DNA of 64,000 nucleotides from the NCBI GenBank assembly GCA_012026655.1, contig JAAILG010000001.1:62001-126000 (forward strand). The letters run 5' to 3'. Position 1 is the stretch's first letter; every line of letters starts with the position of its first letter. This document shows, piece by piece, positions 39,320 through 50,225 of this stretch. Source of the DNA: Hydrolagus affinis (taxonomy: Eukaryota). Position numbers and translations under genes: made by a program. The notes under the pieces were generated by a model, which saw nothing but the letters and a program-made list of their open reading frames with translations, made no database searches and was not told the origin of the DNA.

Positions 39320-39787
39320 TTTCAGTTAATGGAGATAATAGTAGACAGAAATTAAATGATTGTTAAGAAACTGGAGTACTTGAATATTCATGGAGTACCG
39401 GTGGCAGATGGAAAGCATCTCAGAGTAATAAAACAAATTAAGGCAGAGGTAAGGAATGCTCTGGCAGAAACTGTGCAAAGCTCATTGGATACAAGGGTGA
39501 TACCTAAAGACTGGAAAATAACTAAAGTGATTCCAATCTTTTAAAAAAGGTCAGAACCATGATACTGGGAATTAAAGACCTGTTAGCTTGTCATCTATAG
39601 TGGGAAAATATTGGAGTCTATTATAAAGGAAGCAATTCAAGTGCATTAAGCAAGAGTAAAAGCAATAAAGGTAATAAATCCAAGCCAACATGGGTTTATG
39701 AAAGGCAGGTCATGCCTAACAAATCTATTGGAATTTTTTTGCAAATTTAACAGAGTTGTAGATGAAGGTAATATAGTTGACATAGTG
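39320..39787 (+). mobile_element. CR1 LINE reverse-transcriptase fragment (frameshifted)
   Basis: ..DGKHLRVIKQI..QSSLDTRVIPKDWKITKVIPIF(KKG)..RPVSLSSIVGKILESIIKE..QHGFMKGRSCLTNLLEFF..VDEGNIVDIV. Confidence 0.95.
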
Positions 39788-40386
39788 GGCTAGGTATTGC
39801 TCAGGTCACTAATCTTAGCGATGCTGTCGAGGTGTGGAAGCAGGGCCGCAAATTTGAGCGATTGTTCGAACAAAAGATTTGTTGCTTCCCTCAGCATTCC
39901 TACCTCCACAAAATTGGCATATAAAAAGTAATGACAATGGGGAAAATGGGCCAATTTACCTTGTTAAGATCTTGTTAAAGGCCATTAAGGAAGCACTCAT
40001 CCAGCATTGTGCAGTTGAGAAAACATATCAACAGGGGAGTTGGTAACACCAGGTCAGAGCGGGTGTAAGTTTATTGATAGGGACCAGTTGTAAAGTAGAA
40101 ATAGAAATGCTGGAAGTCTATTGCACATGGCATTTGCTGCCTGACAGCATTTTAGTGGCATCACTGCAATGGCTGGTACTGTAAACCATTGCAGGCCATT
40201 CGTTTTTTATATTGTGGCACTGGGCCTGGAGAACACCAAATTTATTTTCCTGAAACAATTTACTCATTTGCTTTAAGATTAGCTCTAATAAAAATAATGG
40301 GGAGGAATTCCACCTAGGTCAAGATTTACTCCACGCTCTAACCATTTGAGAGCATTCAGAATTTTGGCAAACTATTAAATTCTTGA

Positions 40387-40409
40387 ATTAAATTAAATTA
40401 AATTAAATT
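40387..40409. repeat. (TAAAT)n pentanucleotide repeat between direct AAATTCTTGAAT copies
   Basis: aaattcttgaattaaattaaattaaattaaattcttgaat. Confidence 0.75.
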
Positions 40410-40739
40410 CTTGAATGAAGTTTGTTAAATTATCTTTGAAGATGCCTGTCTAAGTTCTTGAAATAAGATCTGTGTAAAATATTGAAAAAAAATTAAGGCA
40501 CTATATATGAATTTCTCAAATTCTGAAAGCTTCGAAATATTAAATAAATAAAATAAATCTGAACCCCATTGGAATTTCTTCCCGCATAAATCAGGATTAG
40601 AACCTTTAGAGACAGAAAAAACCTTGTGGTAAATGCAGTAGAAACCATCATTCATACTTTCAGTAACTTCTGTCTCAATTATTCCAACACCCTCCTTGCT
40701 GGTCTCCTCAGCTCCACTTCCCACAAAATACAAATAATC

Positions 40740-41186
40740 TCCAACTCTACCACTTGAAAACTCACCCATTCTAAACTCCATAGCCCATTCACACCAGTCC
40801 TCGCCAGGCTACATTGGCTCTCTATTCCAGAATAGATCGACTCCACAATCCTTACACAAATCCCATCATGCCCTGGTACCTCCCTACCTCTCTGCCACCC
40901 ACCAATCCGGCGTCCTGCTTGTCCCTTGCCCCATCCGCTCTATTATTGGTGTTCGTGCTTTCAGCTGCCATACCACACATCTTTAGAACTCTCTACCTGA
41001 ATCACTTCGCCTTGTCCCCTCCTTCCCCTTCATTAGATCATGTCTGAAGACTCTCTGCTTCGACTGTGCTTAGGATCACCTCTTCCCTCCCCCCCAGGTC
41101 AGTGTCATGCTCTGCTACTGCTAAACTGCAAACTCCGAGACCCTAGCCTGAGTGAAGGATGCTGTATAGATGCAAGTTGTTGTTCT
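40740..41186 (+). mobile_element. L2 LINE 3' end (ORF2 C-terminus, 3'UTR, (TTG)n tail)
   Basis: FTPVLARLHWLSIPE*IDSTIL..LVPPYL..GVRAFSCHTTHL*NSLPESLRL..LKTLCF matches L2 TPVLxxLHWLP..RAFSxxAPxLWNSLP..LKTHLF; tail GATGCTGTATAGATGCAAGTTGTTGTT. Confidence 0.9.
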
Positions 41187-41789
41187 ATTACATTGTATTT
41201 GCAACCTGTGAAATGTTAATTACGATCAGTGACAATTATTACAACACCAATAAATGCAGCCAAAGAGGCCATTTCATAACTACAGAATGTCCCTTTGTCT
41301 AGCTCATTTCTAATGACCCCTTTCCCCCAACTCACACCCGTTTCCTTAGGGATATCTGCATTTCACATGAAGCACTTTCAGAAATCCTGCTGACATGAAA
41401 CATGATGTATCAAATGCAAAGATAATTATTTATTAAGTTACCTTCACATGTGTATGTATTAGGCAGGGGAGTACATATTGTAGACTCTGCATTCCCTGCA
41501 TATGTGACAGTTCTTTTGAACAAAAGAGCAGTGATGATTGAGACAGGATGATTTGGCCCATGATAAACCTTACTGTCGTACATTAACTCATGAGCATATT
41601 CATTGTAATTTGCATAACCGTGCTATTTTCACATTTATTACTTTCCATTGTAAATTATTGCTCACTTTCCTCTCTCAGTAGAGCTTTTTTGATCACATCA
41701 TTTACACCTTTCCCTTTTATTCATGTCATGTATTTTCTGCAGTTCTACTGTGATTCTCTTCAAGCTTTCCAATTTCTCCAAACACTCGC

Positions 41790-41890
41790 CTACCCCCACC
41801 TGCTCAACTCCACCACTGTCAGTTGTGTAAAGCGCTTTGGGACACCCTTCCAACATGAAAGTTGCTATATAATTATCAATTGTTGTTCTC
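41790..41890 (+). mobile_element. L2-type 3' tail
   Basis: TGTGTAAAGCGCTTTGGGACACCCTTCCAACATGAAAGTTGCTATATAATTATCAATTGTTGTT. Confidence 0.7.
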
Positions 41891-42442
41891 GCACATTTCT
41901 CTGATGGTCCACCCAAGCTCATCATGAGACAGCACAGTCAAATGGTTACCTCCTGACGTGCCTACTGCCTACTTTGGAATATAGGGGACTGACATCTTCT
42001 GGTTTCAGGACAGTACAAGTGGAGCATGTCTTCTGAACGTTGTTTTTTGACTTTGTTGTTTTATTACAGCCTCTTACAGTGCTATACTCCACAGCTGGAT
42101 TATACTTTTTTTTATAGGCCTAAATGGGATCATTAAGGTAGTTAAACAGTGTGAAATGCTCATCATCAAAGTGCCCTTGATTAGCTGCAATGCTATCATT
42201 AGTTAACAATATCACATTTTTCACACTTACCATGTTGGAATGCTGTGCACTCCTGCAAGGTTGTTAACTTTAGCCTGTTCCCAATTGTTTAACATTAGAA
42301 TATATTTCTCCTACCCGATAGACTCTGTATTTTGCTTCTTTGATCAAACGGCCTTCTTCATCCGCACTTATTTAGTGATCTTGTGAATTCTGTGATGTTA
42401 AATATACTAATGCGCGTCAACTTCTCATTCTGAACTTATTTA

Positions 42443-42510
42443 ACTTTGAGACATCTCAGAGACGTGATAAGGCACTATATCAAATGCAAGGATTATTATT
42501 ATTATTATTT
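42443..42510 (+). mobile_element. SINE 3' tail, (TTA)n type
   Basis: CTTTGAGACATCTCAGAGACGTGATAAGGCACTATATCAAATGCAAGGA(TTA)n. Confidence 0.85.
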
Positions 42511-43637
42511 ACTGCTCCATAGGGTCTTAAAATTAGCAAACCTTAATGCAAGGTAGTTCTAAGAATTCTCGTGATACTTCTCACTGGGATTAGTTGGGCC
42601 AATTTAAGACCTGATTTCAAGGTTAATGCTCATTTTTACCAATGGGAGTAAAACTGTCCACTCTATGCATTGTGTTCAAATTTGATCATCATTCTTGCAA
42701 GTAAACATTGATTCTTTGGAAAAGATCCAAAGGATAACCTTGATATTCATGGATCATGTAACACTGTGAGGTTAAAAGAGCTCAACCTACTCTTATTGGA
42801 AAACTGAATATGGAGTGTGGACATAATCCAATTTTTTCAATTATAGACACAATTCATACTGTGACTCTGGAGCCATTCTTTGTGTCACCCAATTGTTCGT
42901 GACAATTGAGGAAGCTATGAGCTGTAGACACCTTGAGTTGTAACTTCTTCACACTTACAAAATGTTAACTTATGGAATGCATTTCTACCTGACACAATAA
43001 TCACTATTTAATTGAAACATTCTGAGAGAAAATAGTTGATTCTTGATTCAATATAGCAACAAGCATGACAAGCTTGACTTGTTAACTTAAATGAGGCAAT
43101 ACACAATTAAAAATGAGCTGTGTGGGTTTTGAATAAGACCAGCTCTGGCCAAATTATTCTCTCATGTTTCAACATTCTTATGCTTTCTAAAATATAATTT
43201 ATTTCCCTTCTTGAAAACCAATCAGACAATGGATCCTTGCGTATATATATATAAATGCTTTAGTTAGTTATACTTTAAATGCACTCTTGTAATTTGCCAT
43301 GGCTTTGAACTGTAGAATTCCCTTTTTGATGATATACTCTATTGCTACAGCATACAAATAACAGAACCTGTCAAGACAGAGCTTTTCACACCTGAGTGAG
43401 CAATCTTGTTCCTAGTAACTTGATACTTAGATGAAGATACTTGTTTATAGTAAACCTTCACACATCCTATATTTGCAGTTTGACAGTATCTTTGTGTCAT
43501 TACTCTATTGACTTCAAATTTTAGTGATTCAGAAAAATTTATCATTAAAAAAAATGTAAAAGTATCAATTAATTGAGTTAAACTTAAAAGTACTACCCAA
43601 TAAAACTAAAAAAAGTAAGTATTCATTTGAAAATCAG

Positions 43638-43712
43638 AAACAATAACAACTAGCAACAACTTGCATTTATACTGCACCCTTTACACGGGTAGCGTCTCAG
43701 AGTGCTTAAAGC
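43638..43712 (-). mobile_element. L2/SINE 3' tail, (TTG)n type
   Basis: AACAATAACAAC..CAACAACTTGCATTTATACTGCACCCTTTACACGGGTAGCGTCTCAGAGTGCTT. Confidence 0.75.
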
Positions 43713-44379
43713 AAACTGTTCCATTATCTAAAAAGTGCTAAATGTTTACTGTCACCCAAAATAGAATTGAAATGTTCTTAATATTTGAATGCAAATTGTA
43801 CAAAGGAGTGTGAACGTGGGGCTGAGGGAGTTTCATCTACAAGACCAGGATCATGGTGTGATTTGCATCAAGCTAAACTTAGAAGAAATTGTAACATTAA
43901 AACAGAACTGTGTATTAAAAAATATGGAAGAATACTATTTCCGTAATCTTAATAGCTATGTAGTTAATAATGGGTTGCAAGAAATAGGGAAAGTGAATAC
44001 CAGTTGTGGGATTCTGGGGGAAATCTTTGGTTTGCTTTATAATACAATAAAGTGATTTAGAAGATTCAAAATCATAAGGTACTATAGAGGCAGCGATCAA
44101 GAACAAGAAAAATGTGGGTAGTGAAAGAGAAAGTGATTAATAAGTGACTTTAGCAGAATCAACACCACTTGACAGCAAGTAATTGATTCTGTGTTTATAC
44201 TCCTGGAAGTGAAGTGTCTTTCCTTCCAGCAGTGTTGTAATGTAGAGAGGGAAACCTGATTTATACTTCACACTCCACTCCACATCAGATGCTGGCTGTT
44301 AAAAAACCAACACCAGTTATCAGTCAAGTCTGAAATTGGGCGTTAGTTTTTTTAATGTTATTAAAGAGTTGCGCAATTG

Positions 44380-44790
44380 ACTCTTTGGTAACATTCGAAA
44401 ACAGTTTGTTGAAAGTTCTAGGCCATTCATTCAACCGCTCAAAAGTTTTCAACGGATCATGGAGAGCAAGAGCAGTGCAACCCACACCCGCTGTGTTTAT
44501 ATGCCGCAGCAGATGTGAATTGCATTGCTCCTCAAACTACTTCCTCCATGTGGTCTCAGGAAGGAGCTCCAGCACGATTCATGCTGGTTCGACTCAGCTT
44601 CTCTTGCACGTTTGGATGAGAATTACTGGCACAATCACCACAAATATGAAATATAAGCTCCGCATAAAAATCCATGATTGGTTTGTGATGATAGTCACAA
44701 ATGGGTTGCTGCAAACAATAAGAGGAACAAATGACACAAAGTACTTTTGCACATGTGTAGGCAGTTGATATAAGCTGAATGAAAGCCAAC
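44380..44790. promoter_or_regulatory. Candidate conserved non-coding element
   Basis: Repeat-free, several CpGs kept; TGTTTAT (FOX-like), CATAAAA (posterior HOX-like), ATGATTGG and E-boxes. Conservation not tested. Confidence 0.3.
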
Positions 44791-44893
44791 TATTACATAA
44801 TACAGGATAAACTTCAATATTGGGGTGAGATTTGTGATACATTAAATGTAGTATGCAAGGCTGAAAATCTCTCTCTCTAAATCCATTATGCAA

Positions 44894-45183
44894 AATAATA
44901 ATAATAATCCTTACATCTGATATAGCGCTTTTCACATCTTATCGATGTTTCAAAACGCTTCACAGAATCTACTGTAAAGTGAATTGACTATATTTGTGGG
45001 CGAAATGCGGCTGCCAATTGCGCACAGCAGTGTCCCACAAACAGTCATGGATTGAAATGACCAATTTTATTATTGTTTGTTTTTTTGGAGGGATTATTAT
45101 TAGGCGTTTGGAGTAAGGAAACTTGCCCAATGTTTCGCCCTGACCTGCCTGGAATCGAGTGCTCTACCCACTGAGTTACAGGG
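44894..45183 (-). mobile_element. tRNA-headed SINE (internally deleted) with Deu 3' segment and (TTA)n tail
   Basis: 5' CCCTGTAACTCAGTGGGTAGAGCAC..CGATTCC head, GGGCAAGTTTCCTTACTCC, GACTGTTTGTGGGACACTGCTGTGCGCAATTGGCAGCCGCATTT, L2-type tail. Confidence 0.9.
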
Positions 45184-45185
45184 TT

Positions 45186-45527
45186 CGCATTTGATACAGC
45201 ATCTTATCATGCCATCGAGACACCTCAAAGCGCTTCACTGGATATACTCTAAAGTGTAGTGGCTGCTATTTTGTGTGTGAAATGCGGCATTACAATTGTG
45301 CACAGAAGTGTCTCACAAACAGTCATGGATTGAGTGACTAAATTATAATTTTAAAAGTATATTTTGGAAGGAAATATTTCCCCTGGAAAGCAATCCAACG
45401 GGTTTCTACTTACTGCTGGGATAAACAGAGACATGTGTGTGTGGAGTAAGGAAACTTGCCTAAGGTTTTGCCCTGACCCACCCAAATCAAACCCAAGTCC
45501 TCTCGTTTGTAAGGCTGTGCTACAGGG
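45186..45527 (-). mobile_element. Second tandem copy of the same SINE family
   Basis: Starts CCCTGTAGC; contains GGCAAGTTTCCTTACTCCACACACAC..CTCTGTTTATCCCAGCAGTAAGTAG, the Deu 3' segment and the GTGAAGCGCTTTGAG..ATCAAATGC tail abutting the previous copy. Confidence 0.9.
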
Positions 45528-45620
45528 AGCATGCTAAATTTAATGGCATTACTCTCCCCCACCCCATTCTCTTTGTCTCCAGAAATATTTAAAGATAACA
45601 AAATAGATGTATATAAAAAT

Positions 45621-45660
45621 AAACTTTCCTGTAGTAAACTTTCCTGTAGTTTCCTGTAGT
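45621..45660. repeat. Short tandem duplication (AAACTTTCCTGTAGT x2 plus partial)
   Basis: aaactttcctgtagt aaactttcctgtagt ttcctgtagt. Confidence 0.85.
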
Positions 45661-46303
45661 AGCGAAGAGTGGCGCACATGCTCACACCCACACAATCATT
45701 ATGAAATTCAACTAATACAAAGGTACAATAAACTCAATCCTGATCAAAACTCACAGAATCCTTTTTGTTTAACAAACGTAAGCAGTGCAAGAGATGATGC
45801 GATTACAAATGTAGACTTTATTATAGCAGATTGGAAATAATTTTGCACATGGAAATTGATTGGTAATCAAAACAGAAATTGATTGTCCTTCATATTGCTT
45901 TAACTTGTGATATTTACAATGCTACCATTCTTGCTTCACTGATCTGATCAGAAAAGATATGGTATGGCATTAAACCCTGACTCAGTAAATATTATAGGTT
46001 GATTTGATAGTTTTGAGGAATATTTTACAGGTGACAATTGTCATTCACTATAATGACAGTCTCTGCTGTGAGATTTAAATATGAAACAAATTATTGCATG
46101 TACGATAGTGTAAATTGAGAGAGACCAGCCCTACTGTATGAATATATTATTACCATTAAAAGTACCTTTATAGGAGCACTGGATTCACTTTAGAGAGTCA
46201 AAGCATGGTACACAGTCACAAAGCTTTTTCCAATGCTGGAGTTCTCCTGTTCAAGCATGTTTTCATCCCCACTAACATTATCAGCGCTGTTTCTATGTAG
46301 TAA

Positions 46304-46665
46304 AATAATCTCCGCATTTAATAAAGCATCTTAACACATCATCCAAATGTTTCAATTCACTTTACAGGATTTACTGTAAAGCGTAGTGGCTATGTATTTG
46401 TATATACACAGCAATATCCCACAAGCAAAGTGAATAACTCATTTTATCAGGGGAAATATTGGTCAGGATACTGGGAAAAACTCCCCTTGTTTTGTGAATA
46501 AGGTCATGGGATCTTTTATGTCCACTTAAACACCCTGACAGGACCTTAGTTAAACATCTCATCAAAAGGCCTGGAGTTTTAGCATAGACTATGAGCTCAT
46601 AGTCCTAAAATAGGACTTGAACCCACAACCTTCTGACTCAGGTGCTACCCACTGAGCCAGGCTGA
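46304..46665 (-). mobile_element. Full-length Deu-SINE (AmnSINE1/SacSINE1 superfamily-like)
   Basis: Plus strand GGTCAGGATACTGGGAAAAACTCCCC..GTCATGGGATCTTTTATGTCCACTTAAA..GACAGGACCTTAGTTAAACATCTCATCAAAAG is the reverse Deu domain; head with A/B boxes (GGCTCAGTGGGTAGCAC..GGGTTCAAGTCC). Confidence 0.85.
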
Positions 46666-46939
46666 TATTGAACCTAATATAAACATAAGAAAACATGAAA
46701 TGAGAAAAGATAACTTATTTACAAGCCTCTTCTATTCACATAACAAGTGAAATCTATTATGCTGTAAACTTTGCTGCATACATTCTATCTCCTAGGGTTC
46801 ACTCCTCAGATATTCCCTGATCCCAAAAGATAATAAAACAAAAACTATTCATCCATATTCATCCATACTGACATTTCTACTGTTCACTCCTGAACTGCTT
46901 CCCACAAGATTTCTTCCCTTCCCCTTACAGGGTTTCAGT

Positions 46940-47400
46940 AGCACAAGATCAGTGCGCCCCTTGGAGTATTTATTTTCTCAGTCTACACCTATCCTGATAA
47001 CCTCCAATACTCTTCCCTACTAAATAGTTATTGATGTATTTTTTGAAGGAGTTAATTGACACAGCATCAACTGCTTTTCTTGGAAATCTGTTCTATGTAT
47101 CTGTTTCTCTGTAGGGGAAAAAAAAACCTTCTAATCTCTAACCTTGCTTGAGGCTTGTTAATTTTTCAACCTATGTCCTCTAGTTTTGTGCCTACGGTCT
47201 AAGTGAAATAGCCTGTTCACATCTACATTATCTATGGCTCTTGGCATTTTAAAGATCTAGTTCATGTTTCCAATCAATCCTTTTTTTCTCCAATAAAGAC
47301 AAATTCAGTTCTGTGAGGCTCTCATCACAGTTTAGAAACCTCGCCTTACAATCATATTTGCTACTCTTCTCTGCGCCCTCTCCAATGCAATCACTTGCTT
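46940..47400 (-). mobile_element. CR1 LINE 3' fragment
   Basis: Reverse strand shows LERAQR.., RLF..TRGHRLK.., NRFPRKAVDAVSINSFKKYIN, typical of the CR1 C-terminus. Confidence 0.85.
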
Positions 47401-48439
47401 TTGAGGGTATTTCTGGAACTCAGTTGTTTTGCACAACTGTATACTTCTCGAGTCCACCTCCTAACTCTGGTGTAGTGCAATTTATTTTATCGACTTGCCA
47501 TTAGAAACTCCAGTAGGTCCACAATATTCAGGTGCCTTCTGTTTGTCTTATATCTCTGGTTATGGTGAAACACTGACTACAACTGGTCACCTCCATGCTA
47601 TTGTTATGGAGGTGAACAGTACTTCTTGAAAGTTTGGAGATCTGCAATAAAAATTGTACAATATTGAAGAGTATACTCTCCAAATAATATATCAGTGAAA
47701 TAATTCTCACTGACCGTAAGAACAAATTAAACATTATGAATCCCTTGAGAGATGTTTTCTAACTGTATGATCAATTCTTTGATGCACTACATGTACTAAC
47801 ATTTTTGACTATCTTTACAAATCAGAAATATATACAGGGGTCCTGCCTAATACAACCTCAACAAATGCCCATGTATAGTATAGAGGTAAAAACATTTAAA
47901 ATGTGCAATATTACTCAATGGTAATAATACTCACATAAAACAACTGATTCTACATAGTTGTGTGCTGGTGGCAATGCCGTCCAAATTAAGAATCCCAATC
48001 CACCTGCGCTTCTTCCATTGCTCTTCTGATTTCTTGTTGCTTTATGGACAGCTACAGCTGATGTACAAAAGAGGTGAAGAGGTTATAAAATGCAGGGGCC
48101 ACTAATGTATATGGAGGTGCAAAGTGTATTTGACAATCTGCTTCCCATCTGCTCCCACTTGACCATCACTTCCATCCTACATGGTCATTCTTTGAATTCC
48201 TAAGGTGATGCCTGCACCTGTTTTCAGGATGTTCCTGGCATTTTTGTTGTCCTGTTTTTGTGCAGCCCGGGATTATAATGTCAATTTAGCTTTAGTTTTA
48301 TATGGAGTCCTCGATCTATACCACAAATCAAAATTCAGAACCTAAATTGTACACCCAAAGCGACTGAGTATTTCAAAGGAAAATGCTGATGAAGATCTAT
48401 ACAGAGACTGGCTTAGAATCCTCACACCAGTGTCTGTCA

Positions 48440-48690
48440 GCAGGAACAAGCCTTCTGGGCTCTCAGAAAGTTATTTGGTTGTGGGTGATATGGACGGAAA
48501 CAACAGCCACAGTGCTTGTTTCAGAACTGCTTGCGTGAGGATAAAAGATATTCTCACTGCAAGTCCAATTGCAACCTTCAAATTTAATATAACCACAATT
48601 AAAAAGATGGTGGGCTGTGGCCGAGGGCATCTTAAGTAAATCCCAGAGGCTTATCCCTTAATGGACTGGAATGCAAGAAGCATAGGGTAG
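48440..48690 (+). mobile_element. Possible CR1 ORF1(esterase)/ORF2(endonuclease) junction relic
   Basis: YLVVGD...CVRIKDI resembles CR1 ORF1 VVGDS..GARVKD, followed at about 48670-48684 by NARSI, the CR1 endonuclease domain-I motif. Confidence 0.4.
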
Positions 48691-49789
48691 CTTATGCTAC
48701 CCAGGTGGCAGCCATAAACCTAACGGATGTCGTCCCACTTGCATTCCTCTGCAAGGTATTTTTACCACCACAGGGGATGGACTCTCACCTCAAGAAACGG
48801 GTTACAGCTGTACATTCAGGAACTTATCTTTACATACATATATATATAAAAATCCTACCACTGTTCCAATATAATTATGAGGCCAAGGTACAACCTCCAG
48901 GGAAGCTAAACCTGCTGGAGAGAACCATGTGCGGGCAACCCAGCCATATGTCATATTCTACCTCACATGACCTGAGCACTTACTTCTACCACAACACATT
49001 GCCAGATTGGTGTTAGTTTGAAAACAAAACTATAGACAGTCAGTGGGCATTTGCAGACATTGTTTTTAGAAAGACCAGGCTATTAATTGTGTTTTTGGTT
49101 TGGCACGATGGCAAGTGACCTGTCACTACTGGATGTGAAATGCCTGAATGTGGATAAATCAATAATAATAATAATATTAATAATCCTTGCATTTGAGTGA
49201 GGTAAAGAGGGATATCGCTACCAAATCCATGTTGCTCCTTCAGAAAATAATAGCTGACTGTCTTGGTTATATATTGCGGACGGATAATATGTACTTAACA
49301 CAAGTGTTCATGACCTTAGGAGAATCCACCTGATGAAGTACACTCTGTGTGTTTTTAATGTGTAAAAGTATAAAGATTGGAGCAGTTATCTGCAAAAGTA
49401 TCTGAGTGTAAAACTATACTGCCAGGATCTTGTGGACAATTAAAAGGAACTGCAAGGTAGTTGATTATAAAGGGATAACTGCAAACCTATTGGGAGCTCT
49501 CGGTCACCATTCCTTACCATGCTTTAACCTTTATAACTGCTGATTAGACGCACCCTAGAAGTAGATATTTCCTGCAGCACTCCCGAATGCGACATTTAAT
49601 AACTTTGATCAAGACATATCGCAAATGATAAAGCTGCCCAAAATATCCATACTGGTAATATTACTGGAAAAAAAAATCTACCTTTACGTCATATAAAATA
49701 GCTGCTTCCATGATGATTACAATTAGAACTACAGTGTATTTTGTTTCACTTTTCCTGCCCCTATTTGCTTTCGTCGTCCTCTTCTGAAG

Positions 49790-50030
49790 GCATTGGGTCT
49801 TACAGATGTTCAATTCCCCCTATGCTTTACTGTTCCTTAACCAAGTGTCGTTTATTCAGAAGTCTCAATCGGCAATAGGGGTACTATAGCTGGCCCTAAT
49901 CTTGCCTTGCCCAATGTACTCACATTCCAGCAGGACTCCCTCGATGGGTTCTGCAGTAAAGCAGGGCACTGAGGCCAATTGCTGATACCCTTGCTTTGAT
50001 AAAGCTAACTCAACCCACGATAGTAAGTAA
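49790..50030 (-). mobile_element. Ancient SINE-like family X copy 3, interrupted by the Penelope-type insert (head remnant at about 50240-50270)
   Basis: Reverse complement GAGTTAGC..CAATTGGCCTCAGTGCCCTGC matches family X; CTGTGTGGCTCAGT head-like remnant after the insert. Confidence 0.5.
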
Positions 50031-50049
50031 ACCAATACTGTACAATCTT

Positions 50050-50225
50050 AAACAAAAACAGAAGTTGCTGGGAAAACTCAGCAGTCAGGCAGCATCCATG
50101 GAGAAAGGAAAGTGAGTCAACATTTCAGGTCCACAATCCTTCATCAGAATTGGACCTGCTGAGTTTTCCCAGCAACTTCTGTTTTTGTTTCAGATTTCCG
50201 GCATCTATAGTATTTTGTGTTTTGT
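50050..50225 (-). mobile_element. Penelope-like retroelement-derived inverted-repeat remnant
   Basis: Perfect 35-bp inverted repeat 50050-50084 / 50156-50190. Sequence resembles the recalled shark Penelope terminal repeat (CAGAAAATGCTGGAAATACTCAGCAGGTCAGGCAGCATC...CAGATTTCCAGCATCTGCAG). Flanking direct repeat CCAATACT..ATCTTA. Confidence 0.75.
50115..50151 (-). ncRNA. Degenerate minimal hammerhead ribozyme motif
   Basis: Minus strand AATT-CTGATGA-AGG-ATTGTGGA-CCT-GAAA-T-GTT-GACT: core boxes CUGAUGA and GAAA, stem II AGG/CCU, GUU triplet, imperfect stem I. Confidence 0.6.

Noticed and set aside
40095-40155. Second Penelope hairpin remnant
   Set aside because: Only short matches (AGAAATGCTGGAA, GCTGCCTGAC); too degraded to support.
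43950-44155. CR1 endonuclease relic
   Set aside because: YRPP and GDFN motifs are only faintly suggested; not supportable without an alignment.
44355-44768. 137-aa ORF as a gene
   Set aside because: No domain or convincing splice sites; overlapping ORFs on both strands indicate chance.
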